Shown here in pieces: positions 41,948 to 55,716 of a stretch of DNA of 64,000 nt. The notes below the pieces were generated by a model, which was given only the letters and a program-made list of their open reading frames with translations, searched no databases and was not told the origin of the DNA. This DNA is from the human T2T-CHM13v2.0 reference genome, Homo sapiens. The stretch lies in assembly GCF_009914755.1 (NCBI RefSeq), contig NC_060929.1; one strand, written 5' to 3'. The stretch's first letter is position 1, and each line of letters begins with the position of its first letter. The position numbers and the translations under genes were made by a program.

Positions 41948-42078
41948 TAATAGTAAAAAGTAATTATGGAAAACAACAAATTATTCTGTAATAGTACAAA
42001 AGTAATTATGAAAACAAGCAACAAATTATTCTTTAATAGTACAAAAGTAATTATGAAAACAAGCAACAAATTATTCTC
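41948..42078. repeat. AT-rich 45-bp tandem repeat, 3 copies
   Basis: taatagtacaaaagtaattatgaaaacaagcaacaaattattct at 41989 and 42034; 41-bp variant at 41948. Confidence 0.95.
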
Positions 42079-42299
42079 CCTTAAGAAAATTCAAATTTAC
42101 TGACTAGATTATTTCAGTTATAGAAATTCATAGTGAAGAAATATTATTTGCTTAATAAAATTATTTCCTTTAAAAAGTAGCAAGCTGCTATATTGTGTTT
42201 AACATATAAATTAATTTACCAAATATATTCTACATACTGCTTTTGGGAAATACATCTATTATATGAAGTGAGGAACACCTGATATCCAAAGCAAGGTAT

Positions 42300-42760
42300 A
42301 TAATAATAATGATACTTTTATTTTACTTATACTATGCCAGGCTTGTTTTAAAACTTTATATATATTATTAATTTAATCCTCACAGCAGCCCTGTGAGGCA
42401 AGTGTTATTATTGTCCCCATTTTACCGATAAGGAGATTGAGGCTTATAATTTGACCAAAGCCACAGAGGTAGCAGGTGGCAAAACTGGGATTTGAATGCA
42501 AGCATTCTGGCTTCAGAATCAAGCCTATAACTGTAACTAAGTACAGTGTACTGCTTTTCATCATAAAGCAACTGGTAGTAGTTATTAGAAAACTTGAGTA
42601 ATAGTAAAGCTAAAAGATCATTGTATGAGCCAGCATGGTGTAACAGAGGGAACACTGGACTAAGAATCAGAAGTCCTGAGATTTAGCTTCAGCTCCGCCA
42701 CCCCCTGGCGAGTTACCTTCACTGAGGCTGTTTTCCTGATCCATGAAGTTGGGCAGGGCT
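42300..42760. mobile_element. Two MIR fragments in opposite orientations
   Basis: tttaatcctcacagcagccctgtgagg...ccccattttaccgataaggagattgaggct (minus); gaacactggactaagaatcagaagtcctgagatttagcttcagctccgcca (plus). Confidence 0.75.
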
Positions 42761-44819
42761 ACACCAATGCCAAGCTTTCGTGCATGTTTTTTAATAGAAA
42801 TTGTGGCACACAGTTATATATCTTATAAATGGGAACTTATTAAGAGAGTGCTTTGGTGATACCTGGGCTGTCTCAAGCCTGTGTGTTCTTCAAAGATTTT
42901 GTCTTTGTAACTTGTTTATCCATTTGGTGATAAGGTAGCTAATGGCAATTTTGTAGAATTCTGTTTCTCTTTTCCTGTCTCTTTCTTTGTTTCCTATTTT
43001 CACAGTTTCCGTAGGTCTCATGTATGTTCTTTTTTCCATCTTCACAGTCTTTGAACTCTCACACATAGCATAATGAGTCAGTATACCCTATTTATGAGCC
43101 TGAGATGTGTTTATTTTCTAAAATATTATATGTTCATTTCCTGAAGAAAATAGAAAATGCTTTATCTAGAAACATCTTGTTGCCTAGTGTGCCTAATATT
43201 TAAAAAAAAAAAAAACAAACAAAAAAACAACAACTTCGATTAGCTCTTCACCAAAAAAAGGAATCATTTCAAGTGGAATTTTTTGGTCAAGGCTTTTATT
43301 TAATCTTAATAATTCTGCAATTGTGATGACTGTGTCAGAGTTCATCTGGGCCATATTCATTCTAACAGGGTTAACAAGTGTGTCAGATTGAAAGTCATGG
43401 CTATAATTGACTTTGGCTTTGAGGTTTTCCTTCATAATAAACAATGGGCCCTGAGCCAAAAAAGCTTGTGGTTTATACTCATGTGCTGATGACTAAGTAA
43501 TGCAAGTGATTTCGCCTCATACTTGCTCTGTTACCCTGGAGCTCACTTTATGCTTTTTGAAGGAATCATATCAGAGGAACATCCATAATTAAAAAGAATT
43601 TGACCTGTGGACTTTCCACTGCAGCTGAAAACATTTTGTTACAGTGAAGACGACTTCACTCTGGCCTGAGTGCTAGAGAAGGGCCGTGTAGAAGACATAG
43701 GTCAAAGCTTAATCAGAAGAGAAAGGACAGTCCTGCTAATACTTTGAATCTCTCACACAAACAATGCACCCCAAAAATGCCCTTTTAGAAGATTGCAGAG
43801 GGACTCTTTATTCATTACTGGCTGCTCTACACAAAATTCCTCTGGATGGAAGCACTGAAGGTGGGACTTGCTTTCTGTTGAGTTTCTGTTATTTTTCTGT
43901 AGCATACAGTTGCTGGAAAAGACTCACTTTGTAAAAATAATCTTGAGAATCAGTTTTCCAAAAAGTATCAAGGGGAAATTTAATCAGCACAAAGTATCAG
44001 CTATCCAGAATTTATAGATTTGAGAAAGACATTTGCTTAAGCTTTTCTGTTTGCTTTATGAAATCATATTAACTATTAGCAAATGCAGAGTTACCGAAGC
44101 TAAAGCAAAATAAAACAAAAAACCTTTTAGCCTTCCCTTGTTTGCTTATTTAATGATTGGCAGCAATGACCACGTTGATGTCTAATCTGCTCTCCTTTTC
44201 TTGGTAACTCTAGTAAACAAGTTGACATTTATAATCAAGTGGAAAATGTTTACTCTTCCCCAGATGAGTTACTCAAACTGGAAAATGCAAGGTTCACATC
44301 AGCCCTCTGTAAGTTTAGGTTTTTAAATTAGTCGTCAGAAACATGGGTAAGTGTGGGCCATAAACCAGTATATGGAATAGTCTGGTTAAAGCTGACTTCG
44401 TTAAGGTAGATACTTCACTCATTCTCCAGTGAGGCTTGCTAGATCCCCATTAACCTGTTGTACACCCACAGTAATTATATATTTGGCTGAATGGAATGTT
44501 CCCCTTACCTACTTTTCCTTCGAGTCAATCCCTTTATAGGCTTTTGCTTTTGTTTTGGGCAAGGGAGATAATCTGCCATGAGGCAGTAAGCTTGAGTTGA
44601 TAATTTCTTGTCTCTTGAGAAATGAGGTATAAAATTCTGAAAGAATTGTTAGCTAGAAGACACAGAATGGGTAGGTGACAGAATTGCTTTCTGGAAGTGG
44701 TGGAGTATATTTCTTGCAATTTGTTTGTGTATTTCTTATGTTGCTGTCATGTTTTTAGTGTCTATTTGATTTGTTGGGTTCTACTCTTCCTTGTGGAAGC
44801 ACCCAACAGAATATTTCTT

Positions 44820-45032
44820 TTTCATATATATATATACTTTAAGTTCTGGGATACATGTGCAGAACATACAGGTTTGTTACCTAGGTATACACGTGCCATG
44901 GTGGTTTGCTGTACCCATCAACCTGTCATCTACAATAGGTATTTCTCCTAATGCTATCCCTCCCCCAGCCCCCCATACCCCGACTGGCCCTGGTGTGTGA
45001 TGTTCCCCTCCCTGTGTCCATGTGTTCTCATT
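44820..45032 (-). mobile_element. 5'-truncated L1PA 3' end (213 bp)
   Basis: tactttaagttctgggatacatgtgcagaac...tgtgtccatgtgttctcatt; perfect 17-bp TSD ccaacagaatatttctt at 44803-44819 and 45033-45049. Confidence 0.95.
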
Positions 45033-46429
45033 CCAACAGAATATTTCTTAACATCAGTGTACAAATTCCATTTCTTCAAGCAGCCCAGAAAGGAAACCAT
45101 TTTTGTGGCCAGTGACGATGTAAAATAGAGGGTTTGTTGGTTGTTATTGTTTTTATTTGTTTCCTGTTAGCTTTAAAAGTGGGAATTTGTGGACCAGCTT
45201 TTAAGTGTTTTCAAATCCATTAACATTTTATCTCTTTGTATCTGTCGTTTTACTTTTGCTTGATGTTGTTGATTTATTTTTATAGTAGTTTTCTGTGCCA
45301 AGGGCAAATTAGACCATCCCCCAGGGAAGAAATCTCCTGGTTCTAGTCCTAACATTGCTAGAGGTTGCCTAATCATCTGTTCCTCATTGTTTTGATAAAG
45401 TGGTGACTAAAGAAATCCATTTAAAATGTCCTAGATAGCTCTGAATTGAGTTTTTAAAATATTTCTCATATGTGGATTTCTAAACGTTTTCAAAAGAATA
45501 ACTGCTGGAAATAAATTCAAAGATAAAAATTGCCAAAAAGAAAGAATAGCTACAATGTTTAAAGCTATGATTCTCTCACTATGCTCCTACAAAACACTGG
45601 TGTTCCTTAGGCTTGGTAGAGATGTTCAGTGTGCTAAAGTTGAATACTCTTTTTTTGAAGAACCTAGTCTTTATTCAGCAAACAACACACAGCTCTTATT
45701 AAAGGTTCTGAATTATGCTGTAAGAATGTTGGTTTTGAGGGCAGGATGGATTGGAATGAGAGAAAATTCCTTCTGTGGGCCATACTTTGCTTCACTTCCC
45801 CATGCCTAACTCCCCAAAATCAAAGACCACTCCTTTAAGGATGGGCCTGAGAGTGTAACCCCAAATTTTATTCTTTCACCCACTCTTCAGTAGCATCATA
45901 CAGGGCCAATTTTTCCAGATATGAGAAATATTTTCCCATAGTTGGAGGAAGCTCATCATGTGTAAAAGTTTGTTAAAAATACAAATTCTTACTCCACAGA
46001 CTTGTTTCAAAGCCCTGTTTTTCTCCCTTCTTTGCCAAGCTAGGGGAGGGATGGAGCTCTCAAGAGGTACTGCTCACTCTGGTCCACCAGCCAGTGCTGA
46101 TGAGGTAAATGTAGAATTCAGAGTAACACTTTGGACATTTTATAGCAATTTGATGTATCTGTTGAATCTAATAAAAACCTAGATTTGTATTTTGTAGTCT
46201 TTAAATTTTATGTTTCTAGAAATAAAATATTTGTCTGCAGAGTCCTGGAAATTAGAAAACAAAGACTGGCCCTCCATCACAGATGGTTTGAGAAGCAGTA
46301 CCCTAGGCACTGCTCTAGGTTGGAGGCTAAGGCCCTCTCCAAGGCACCTCCTTTTTGTCCCAGGAAGGGGATTTGTTCTTCCTTACTCCCAAGCCCAAGA
46401 GCCTAGTTCTTTTTTTTTTTTTTTTTAAT

Positions 46430-47975
46430 TTAAAAAGGTCTAATTTTGGTAGAATAAACATGAGATAAAACTTACTATCTTAACCATTTATAAGTATATA
46501 GTTCATTAGTGTTAAGTACATTCACATTGTTGTGCAAACTCTCCAGAACTCTTCATCTTGCCAAGCTAAAACTCTATGAAACCAGCTGTCTCCAACCTTT
46601 TTGGCACCAGGGACTAGTTTCGTGGAAGACAATTTTTCCATGGAATGGGAGTGGTGGGATATGGTTTTGGGATGAAACTGTTCCACCTCAGATCATCAGG
46701 CATTAGATTCTTATAAGGAGCTCACAACCTAGATCCGTCACATGTGCAGTTCACAATAGGGTTTGTGCTTCTTTGAGAATCTAATACTGTCACTGATCTT
46801 ACAGGAGGTGGAGCTCAGGTGGTAATGCTCACTCGCCCACTGCTCATCTCATGCTGGGCAGCTCAGTTCCTAACAGGCCATGGACCAATAGCAGTCTGGG
46901 GGTTGGGGACCGCCTGCATTAAACAACTCTCCATTTCACCCTCCACCCAGTTTCTTGTAAGCACCATTCTACTTTTTAACTCTATGGATTTGACTACTGT
47001 AGGTACCTCATATAAGCGGAATCAAACAGTTTTTGTCTTTCTGTGACTGGCCAATTTCACTTAGCATACTGTCTTCAGGGTTCATCTGTATTACAGCATG
47101 TTATCAGAATTTCCTTCCTTTTTCAGGATGAATAATATTCCATTTATGTATATACCATATCTTGCTTAGCTATCAATGTATAGTTGAGTTGCTTCTACTC
47201 TTTGGCTCTTGTGAATAATGCTGCCATGAGCAAATATCTCTTTTATGTTTTCAGTTTTGGAGGGTATATACCCAGAAATGGAATTGCTGGATCACATGGC
47301 AGTTCTATTTTTAATTTTTTGAGGAACCACTACACTGTTTTCCATAGTGTCTGTGCCATTTTACATTACTATCTATAGCATGCAAGGGTTCCAGTTTCTC
47401 TGCATCCTGGCCAATACTTGTTATTATCTGTTGTTTTTTTTTTTTTTTTCAACAGTAGCCATTCTTGTGGTGAAGTGGTATCTCATTGTGGTTTAGGTCT
47501 GTACTTCCCTAATTATTAATGGCATTGAGCATCTTTTCATGCACTTTCTGGCTATTTGTATATCTTTGGAGAAGTGCCTATTCAAGTTCTTTGCCCATTT
47601 AAAAAATTTTTTTATTGTTGTTGTTGTAGGAGTTCTTTATATATTCTGGATATTAATCCTTTGTCAGGTATATGATTTGCAAATATTTTCTCCCATTCTG
47701 CCTTTTCACTCTGTCAGTTGTGTCCTTTGAAGCACAGAAGTTTTTAATTTTGATGTAGTCCAGTTTACCTACTTTATTCTTCTGTTGTCTGTGCTTTTGG
47801 AATCATATCCAAGAAATCATTGCCAAATCTAATGTCTGTGTTTTCTTCTATGAGTTATATAGTTTTATCTCTTATGGTTAGGTCTTTGATCCATTTTGAG
47901 GTAATTTTTGTGTATGGTATAAGTTGAGGTTCTAACTTTGTTGTATGTGGATATACACTTTTGCCAACACCAGGT
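46430..47975 (-). mobile_element. L1MA/MB-type 3' region
   Basis: atcttaaccatttataagtatatagttc...tatatacccagaaatggaattgctggatcacatggc...ggtctttgatccattttgag. Confidence 0.85.
46583..46916. mobile_element. MER1B hAT-Charlie MITE nested in L1M
   Basis: TIRs cagctgtctccaacc / ggttggggaccgcctg; imperfect 8-bp TSD tatgaaac / cattaaac. Confidence 0.88.
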
Positions 47976-49484
47976 GTTGATGGGAGCTGAGTTCTTATTC
48001 TCAATTATTCCCCTACCTGACCAACAGAATGAAAAAACAGGTGGTAAACAAGCATTGGGAAAATTGCCAGGAAAATCTAGAGTTTATTGCCTTGGTTTTT
48101 CCAATTTGGGGAAAGGGGACCATTACAACTTTCAAGTTAGATGTGATGCCTTGAAATATCACATGAAATATTACGGGCAGGGCCAAGATGGCCAATTCAA
48201 AGCAGCGGTGTTCAGAGGCTCCCATTGGAAAAAAACATAATAAGCATGTGAATCCTTCACCAGCAGCCAAGGCATCCAGGTTCTCTCATCAAAATTGACT
48301 AGAAGGCTGGTGTGTCCCACAGAAGGAAGGGCATGTGGCGCAGCAACCCACTTGAGAGCCACACGGGGAAGGGGAACCCCCCTCCCCCAAGCTAAGGGAG
48401 GCGGTGAGTGAACACGCTATCCAGCTGGGGAAACTGCTTTTCCCATGGAACTGTGCAACCCACGGATCAGAAGATCCCACTTGCAGACCCAGGCCAGTGG
48501 GGCCTAGCATCCTAACCCCGGAATGTGCAGATGTGCAGATTCTTACAGCCTCTCAGCTGGAATCTGCTTAAGCCTACCGAATTCCCAGGGGAAGGGGTGA
48601 CCAGCACTGGCTATGGCTGCCTGCTATTTGGCTCCTTGTGGGAGGGGCAGCAGCTAGCACTGGGACTAGCAACTGCCTAACACGCTAAGCTCTCTGGGTA
48701 GGGGAAGGGCAGCACCCATTTCTATAACTCCAGGCTGCATTTTTCCCCTGCTGGAGCCAGGAAGGCTAGACGGCTTGGTCCCAAGACTTGTCCCCACAGC
48801 CCAACACACCGGCTGTGGCAGTCTGTGGCCAGAGTGCCTCTTCAGGTCTAACCCTGACCTATTCTTCCTCAGTGGTCATGGCTTCCCTGCATGATCTCCA
48901 ATAACTCCAGCCAGAGGCTCAGGGACAGAATTGGGATCTCCCTGGGCCTGAGCCCCTAGCAGGAGGGGTGGCCTTAGTCTTTGCCGACCAACAGACTTTG
49001 CCTTTTCTCCTGGTAGTTCTGAGGAATCCGGGCAGCCCAGACGAGTGGGTTTCCCCCCAGCAAAACACACCCTCTCCACCAAGGGACAAAGTGCTTCGTT
49101 AAATGGGTCCTGCTCCCCATGCCACCCAACTGGGTGAGACCCTCCAACAGAGATTGTCAGACGCCCTATACAAGAGCAATTCTACTGGCATCAGGTTGGT
49201 GCCCCTCGAGGTTAGAGGTCCCAGAAGAAGGAGGAGGCACCCACCTTGGCTGCCCTCCAGCCTCCTTGAGTGACATCTCCAGGCATGGGAGCGAATCAGA
49301 TGAATGGAGCCTGAAGTGAACCCCCAGCAAACTGCAGCAGCTCTAGAGAAGAGTAGCCCTGATTATTGAAAGAAAAACAAGCAGAAAGTAACAACAACAG
49401 CATCAACAACAACAAAAAGGCCCCACAAAAACCCCATCCAAGGGTCAGTAGCCTCGAAGACCAAAACTAGACAAACTCATGAAG

Positions 49485-50504
49485 ATGAAAAAGAGTCAAC
49501 AAAAAAATGCTGAAACCCACAAGGCCAGAGTGCCTCTTCTCCTCCAAATGATTGCATCGTCTCTCCATTAAGGGCACAGAACTGGATGGAGGATCAGAGG
49601 GACAAATTGACAGAGGTAGGCTTCAGAAAATGGGTAATAAAAAGCTATGATGAGCTAAAGGAGCGTGTCCTTACCCAATGCAAAGAAGCTAAGAAGCTTG
49701 ATAAAATGTTGGAGGAGGAATTGCTAAACTAGAATAACCAGTTTAGAGAGGAACATAAATGACCTGATGGAGCTGAAAAACACAGCACAAGAACTTTGTG
49801 AAGCATACACAAGTATCAACAGCCAAATCAACCAAGCAGAAGAAAGGATATCAGAGTTTGAAGCCCACCTTACTGAAATAAGACATGCAGACAAGAATAG
49901 AGAAAAAAGAATGAAAAGGAATGAGCAAAGCCTCCAAGAAATATGGGACTTCATTAAAAAAACGAACCTATGATTGATTGGAGTACCAGAAGAAGATGGA
50001 GAGAATGGAAACAAGCTGGAAAACACACTTCAGGATATTTTCCAGGAGAACTTCCCCAACCTAGCAAGACAGGCCAACATGCAAATTCAGGAAATACAGA
50101 GAACACCACTAAGATATTCCAAGAGAAGATCAACCCCAAGACCCTTAATCATTGGATTCTCCAAGGTCGAACTGTTAAGGGCAGCCAGAGAGAAAGGCCA
50201 GGTCACCTACAAAGGGAAGCCCATCAGACCAACAGCAGACTTCTCAGCAGAACCTCTACAAGCCAGAAGAGATTGCGGGCCAATATCCAACATTCTTAAA
50301 GGAAAGAATTTTCAACCCAGAATTTCATATCCAGCCAAACTAATAAGCTTCATAAGCGAAGGAGAAATAAAATCCTTTCCAGACAAGCAAATGCTGAGGG
50401 ATTTTGTTACCACGAGGCCTGCACTGCAAGAGCTCCTGAAAGAAGCACTAAATATGGAAAGGAAAAACCAATACCAGCCACTGCAAAAACACACCAAAAT
50501 ATAA
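49485..50504 (+). pseudogene. Disrupted L1 ORF1p
   Basis: ORF-track fragments MELKNTAQELCEAYTSINSQ... and ...QENFPNLARQANMQIQEIQRTP...FQPRISYPAKL... lie in different frames. Confidence 0.9.
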
Positions 50505-50561
50505 AAACCACTGACACTACGAAGAAACTGCATCTAGTGTGCAAAGTAACCAAATAGCATC

Positions 50562-53500
50562 ATGACAACAGGATTGAATTCACACATAACAATACTAACC
50601 TTAAATGTAAATGGGCTAAATGTCCCAATTAAAAGATAGACACAGACTGGCAAATTGGATAAGGAGTTAAGACCCATTGGTGTGCTGTATTCAGGAGCCC
50701 CATCTTATGTGCAAAGACACACACAGGCTCAAAATAAAGGGATGGAGGAAAATCTACCAAGTAAATGGAAAGCAAAAAAAAAATGGGAGTTGCAATTCTA
50801 GTCTCTGACAAAGCAGACTTTAAACCAACAAAGATCAAAAAAGGCAAAGAAGGGCATTGCATAATGGTAAAGGGAACAATTCAACAAGAAGAGCTAACTA
50901 TTCTGAATATATATGTATCCAATACAGGAGCACCCACATTCATAAAACAAGTTCTTAGGGACCTACAAAGAGACTTAGACTCCCACACATTAATAGTGGG
51001 AGACTCTAACACTCCACTGTCAGTGTTAGATCAACGAGACAGAAAATTAACAAGGAAATTCAGGACTTGAACTCAGCTCTCGATCAAATGGACCTAGTAG
51101 ACGTCTACAGAACTTTCTACCCCAAATCAGCAGAATATACATTCTTCTCATTTCCACATGGCACTTATTCTAAAATCGACCACATAATTGGAAGTAAAAC
51201 GCTCCTCAGCAAATGCAAAATAACTGAAATAATAACAAACAGCCTCTCAGACCTCAGTGCGGTCAAATTAGAACTCACAATTAAGAAACTCACTCAAAAA
51301 CCACACAATTTCATGGAAATTGAATAACCTGCTCCTTATTGACTCCTGGATAGATAGTGAAATTAAGGCAGAAATAAAGAAGTTCTTTGAAACCAATGAG
51401 AACAAAGAGACAATGTTCCAGAATTTCTGAGATATAGCTAAAGCAGTATTAAGAGGGAAATTTCTAGCACTAAATGCCCACATTAGAAAGCTAGAAAGAT
51501 CTCAAAACGACACCCTAACATCACAATTAAAAGAGCTAGAGCGGCAAGAGCAGACTAATCCAAAAGCTAGCAGAAGACAAGAAATAACTAAGAGAAGAAT
51601 TGAAGGAGATAGAGACATGAAAAACCCTCCAAAAAAATCAACAAATCCAGGAGCTGGTGTTTTGAAAACATTAACAAAATAGATAAACTGCTAGCTAGAC
51701 TAATAAGAAGAGAGAGAAGAATCAAATAGATGCAATAAAAAATAATAAAAGGGATATCACCACTGACCCCACAGAAATACAAACTACCATCAGAGAATAC
51801 TATGAACACCTCTAAGCAAATAAACTAGAAAATCTAGAAGAAATGGACAAATTCCTGGACACATACACCCTCCCAAGACTAACCCAGGAAAAAGTTGAAT
51901 CCCTGAATAGACCAATAACAAGTTCTGAAATTGAGGCAGTAATTAATAGCCTATCAACTAGAAAAAGCCCACAACCAGATGATTCACAGCCAAATTCTAC
52001 CGGAAGTACAAAGAGAAGCTGGTACCATTCCTTCTGAAACTATTCCAAACAATTGAAAAGGAGGGACTCCTCCCTAACTCATTTTATGAAGCCAGCATCA
52101 TCTTGATACCAAAACCAGGAAGAGAAACACACACAAAAAAGAAAACTTCAGGCCAATGTCCCTGATGAACATTGATGCAAAAATCCTCAATAAAATACTG
52201 CCAAACCGAACCCAGCAGCACATCAAAAAACTTAATCCATGTCATCAAGTCAGCTTCATCCCTGGGATGCAAGGCTGGTTCAACATACGTAAATCAATAA
52301 ACATAATCCATCACATAAACAGATCCAAAGACAAAAACCAAAAACATATTTACAAGAAAAAAACAAAAAAGTGGGCAAAACATATCAACAGACACTTCTC
52401 AAAAGAAGACATTTACGTGGCCAACAAACGTATGAAAAGAAGCTCAACATCACTGATCATCAGAGAAATGCAAATAAAACCACGAGATACCATCTCACAC
52501 CAGTCAGAATGATGATTATTAAAAAGTCAGGAAGAATAAATGCTGGGAGGCTGTGGAAAAATAGGAACACTTTGATTATCTCAGTAGATGCAGAAAAGGC
52601 CTTAGATAAAATTCAACACCCCTTCATTTTAAAAACTGTCAATAAGCTAGGTATTGATGGAACATATCTCAAAATAATAAGAGCTATTTATGACAAACCC
52701 ACAGCCAATATTACATTGAATGGGCAAAAGCTGAAAGCATTCCCTTTGAAAACTGATACAAGACAAGGATGCCCTCTCTCACCACTCCTATTCAACGTAG
52801 TATTGGAAATTCTGGCTGGGACAATCAGGCAAGAGGTATTCAGATAGGAAGAGAGGAAGTCAAGTTGTCTCTGTTTGCAGATGACATGATTTTATATTTA
52901 GAAAACCTCATCATCTGAACCTAAAAACTTCTTGAACTGATAAGCAACTTCTGCAAAGTCTCAAGATACAAAATCATTGTGCAAAAATCACAAGTATTCC
53001 TTTACACCAACAGTAGACAAGCAGAGAGTCAAATCATGAATGAACTCCCATTCACAGTCACTACAAAGAGAATAAAATACCTAGGAATACAGCTAACAAG
53101 GGATGTGAAGAACCTCTTCAAGGAGAACTACAAACCACTGCTCAAGGAAATATGAGAGGACACAAACAAATGGAAAAACATTCAATCCTCATGAATAGGA
53201 AGAATCAGTATGGTGAAAATGGCCATACTACCCAAAGTAATTTATAGATTCAATGCTATTGCCATCAAACTACTGTTGACATTCTTCACAGAATTAGAAA
53301 AAACTATTTTAAATTTCATATGGAATCAAAGAAGAACCCCGTATAGCCAAGACAATCCTAAGCAAAAAGAACAAAGCTAGAGGCATCACGTTACCTGACT
53401 TTAAACATACTACAAGGTTACAGTAACCAAAACAGCCATATAGACCAATGAAGCAGAACAGAGTCCTCAGAAACCTACACATCTACAACCATCTGATCTT

Positions 53501-54564
53501 CGACAAACCTGACAAAGACAAGCAATGGGGAAAGGATCTCCTATTCAGTAAATGGTGCTGGGAAAACTGGCTAGCCATATGCAGAAAGCTGAAACTGGAC
53601 CCCTTCCTTATACCTTATACAAGAATTAACTCAAGATGGATTAAAGACTTAAATGTAAAATTCCAAACCATAAAAACCCTAGAAGAAAACCCAGGCAAGA
53701 CCATTCCTAGGACATAGGCATGTGCAAAGACTTCATGACAAAAATGCCAAGAGCTATTGTAACAAAAGCTAAAATTGACAAATGGGATCTAATTAAACTT
53801 AGAGAGCTTCTGCACAGCAAAAGAAACTATCATCAGAGTGAACAGGCAACCTACAGAATGGGAGAAAATTTTTGCAATCTACCGATCTGACAAAGGTCTA
53901 ATATCCAGAATTTACAAGGAACTTAAACATATTTACAAGAAGAAAACCCATCAAAAAGTGGGCAAAGGATATGAACAGACACTTCTAAAAAGAAGTCGTT
54001 TATGCGGCCAAGAAACATGAAAAAAAGCTCAACATCACTGATCACCAGAGAAATGCAAATCAAAACCACAATGAGATACCACCTCACGCCAGTGAGAATG
54101 GTGATTATTAAAAAGTCAGGAAACAATAGATGCTGGCAAGGCTGTGGAGAAATAGGAACACTTTTATACTGTTGGTGGGAATGTAAATTAGTTCAACCAT
54201 TGAGGTAGACAGTATGGCGATTCCTCAAGGATCTAGAACCAGAAATACCATTTGACCCAGCAATCCCATTACTGGGTATATACCCAAAGGCATATAAATC
54301 ATCCTGCTCTAAAGACACATGCACACGTATGTTTATTGCAGCACTGTTTACAGTAGCAAAGACATGGAACTAACCCAAATGCCCGTCAGTGATAGACTGG
54401 ATAAAGAAGTATAGTATTCCATGTGGAATACTATACAGTCATAAAAAGGAATGAGATCTGTCCTTTGCAGGGACATGGATGAAGCTGGAAGCCATCATCC
54501 TCAGCAAACTACACAGTAACAGAAAACCAAACGCCTCATGTTCTCACTCATAAGTGGGAGTTGA
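50562..54564 (+). pseudogene. Disrupted L1 ORF2p (endonuclease / reverse transcriptase)
   Basis: Fragments [51 protein letters not shown], and LFADDM (ctgtttgcagatgacatg) spread across several frames. Confidence 0.9.
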
Positions 54565-55416
54565 ACATTGAGAACACAGAGAGGGGAACACCACACACCA
54601 GGGCCTTTTGGACGTTGGGGTGTGAGGGAAAGGAACTTAGAGGACAGGTCATGCAGCAAACCACATGGCACATGTATACTGATGTAATGAACCTGCACAT
54701 TCTGCACATGTATCCTGTTTTTTTTTAAGAAGAAAAAAAATATTATGCATACGTATAATGTGGCCATTTTGCTGGCAACATTATGATTAGTTCAAAAGTA
54801 GAAATTAAATGTCATGGAGTTTTGCAAAAAGGACTATGATGTTTAACTGTCTTACCTTCCAAACAACTTAATATTCCCTACATTTTAATTCCTAGTGGGG
54901 ACCAAGGAAACTGTTGTGATCTAGTGATTAGAAATGACAGTTGAAGTGACCCTGATGCAAACATTTACTCAATGAATTAACTGAGTTCAATACTAGGTGA
55001 AAAAAAAAAAAAACAAAAACGCAGTATCTCCTTTGAAAAACAAATATTTGTCCTTTTTCTTTTCTCATGGCTGCTAGGAAATTCAGTGCTAAGTTTAATG
55101 CTCAATTACCCTTTCATTCCTTGGTTCTTTATTTTCTACCAATTTGTCTTGTTTTTAGTTTCTTTACAAATCAACTTTATTGAGGTACAATTTACATACA
55201 ATAAAATACAAAATGTACCCATTTCAAGTTTTGACAAATGCATACACCTGTTAATCACCATTTCAGTCAAGATTATAGAACATTTCCATCCCACCAAAAC
55301 ATCCTCTCATGCCTCTTTCTAGCTGTTGTTATGTAGTTTCGTTGATTCTGTGCCCTTTGATGTTAGCCATCAACCTCCTACGGATACTTTTGGAAGGTGG
55401 AATATTAAAAAGACTA

Positions 55417-55711
<295 letters not shown>

Positions 55712-55716
55712 AAGAG

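Larger units (their letters stand above)
48176..54737 (+). mobile_element. Full-length inactive L1 (L1PA8A-like), sense to WDR70, in the last intron
   Basis: 5' ggcagggccaagatggcc; ORF1 remnant about 49485-50504; ORF2 remnant about 50562-54564 (EN and RT motifs, broken by stops and frameshifts); 3' end tgtatcctgtttttttttaagaagaaaa; TSD aaatattacg (48166-48175) / aaatattatg (54738-54747). Confidence 0.93.

Noticed and set aside
41948-42078. 45-bp repeats as a CRISPR-like array
   Set aside because: The units are head-to-tail with no spacers, there are only three copies, and the context is eukaryotic.
49974-52847. 176-aa and 158-aa ORFs as functional proteins or an active L1
   Set aside because: They are fragments of L1 ORF1/ORF2 broken by stops and frameshifts. 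The 158-aa ORF is open partly because of the 232-bp misplaced block.
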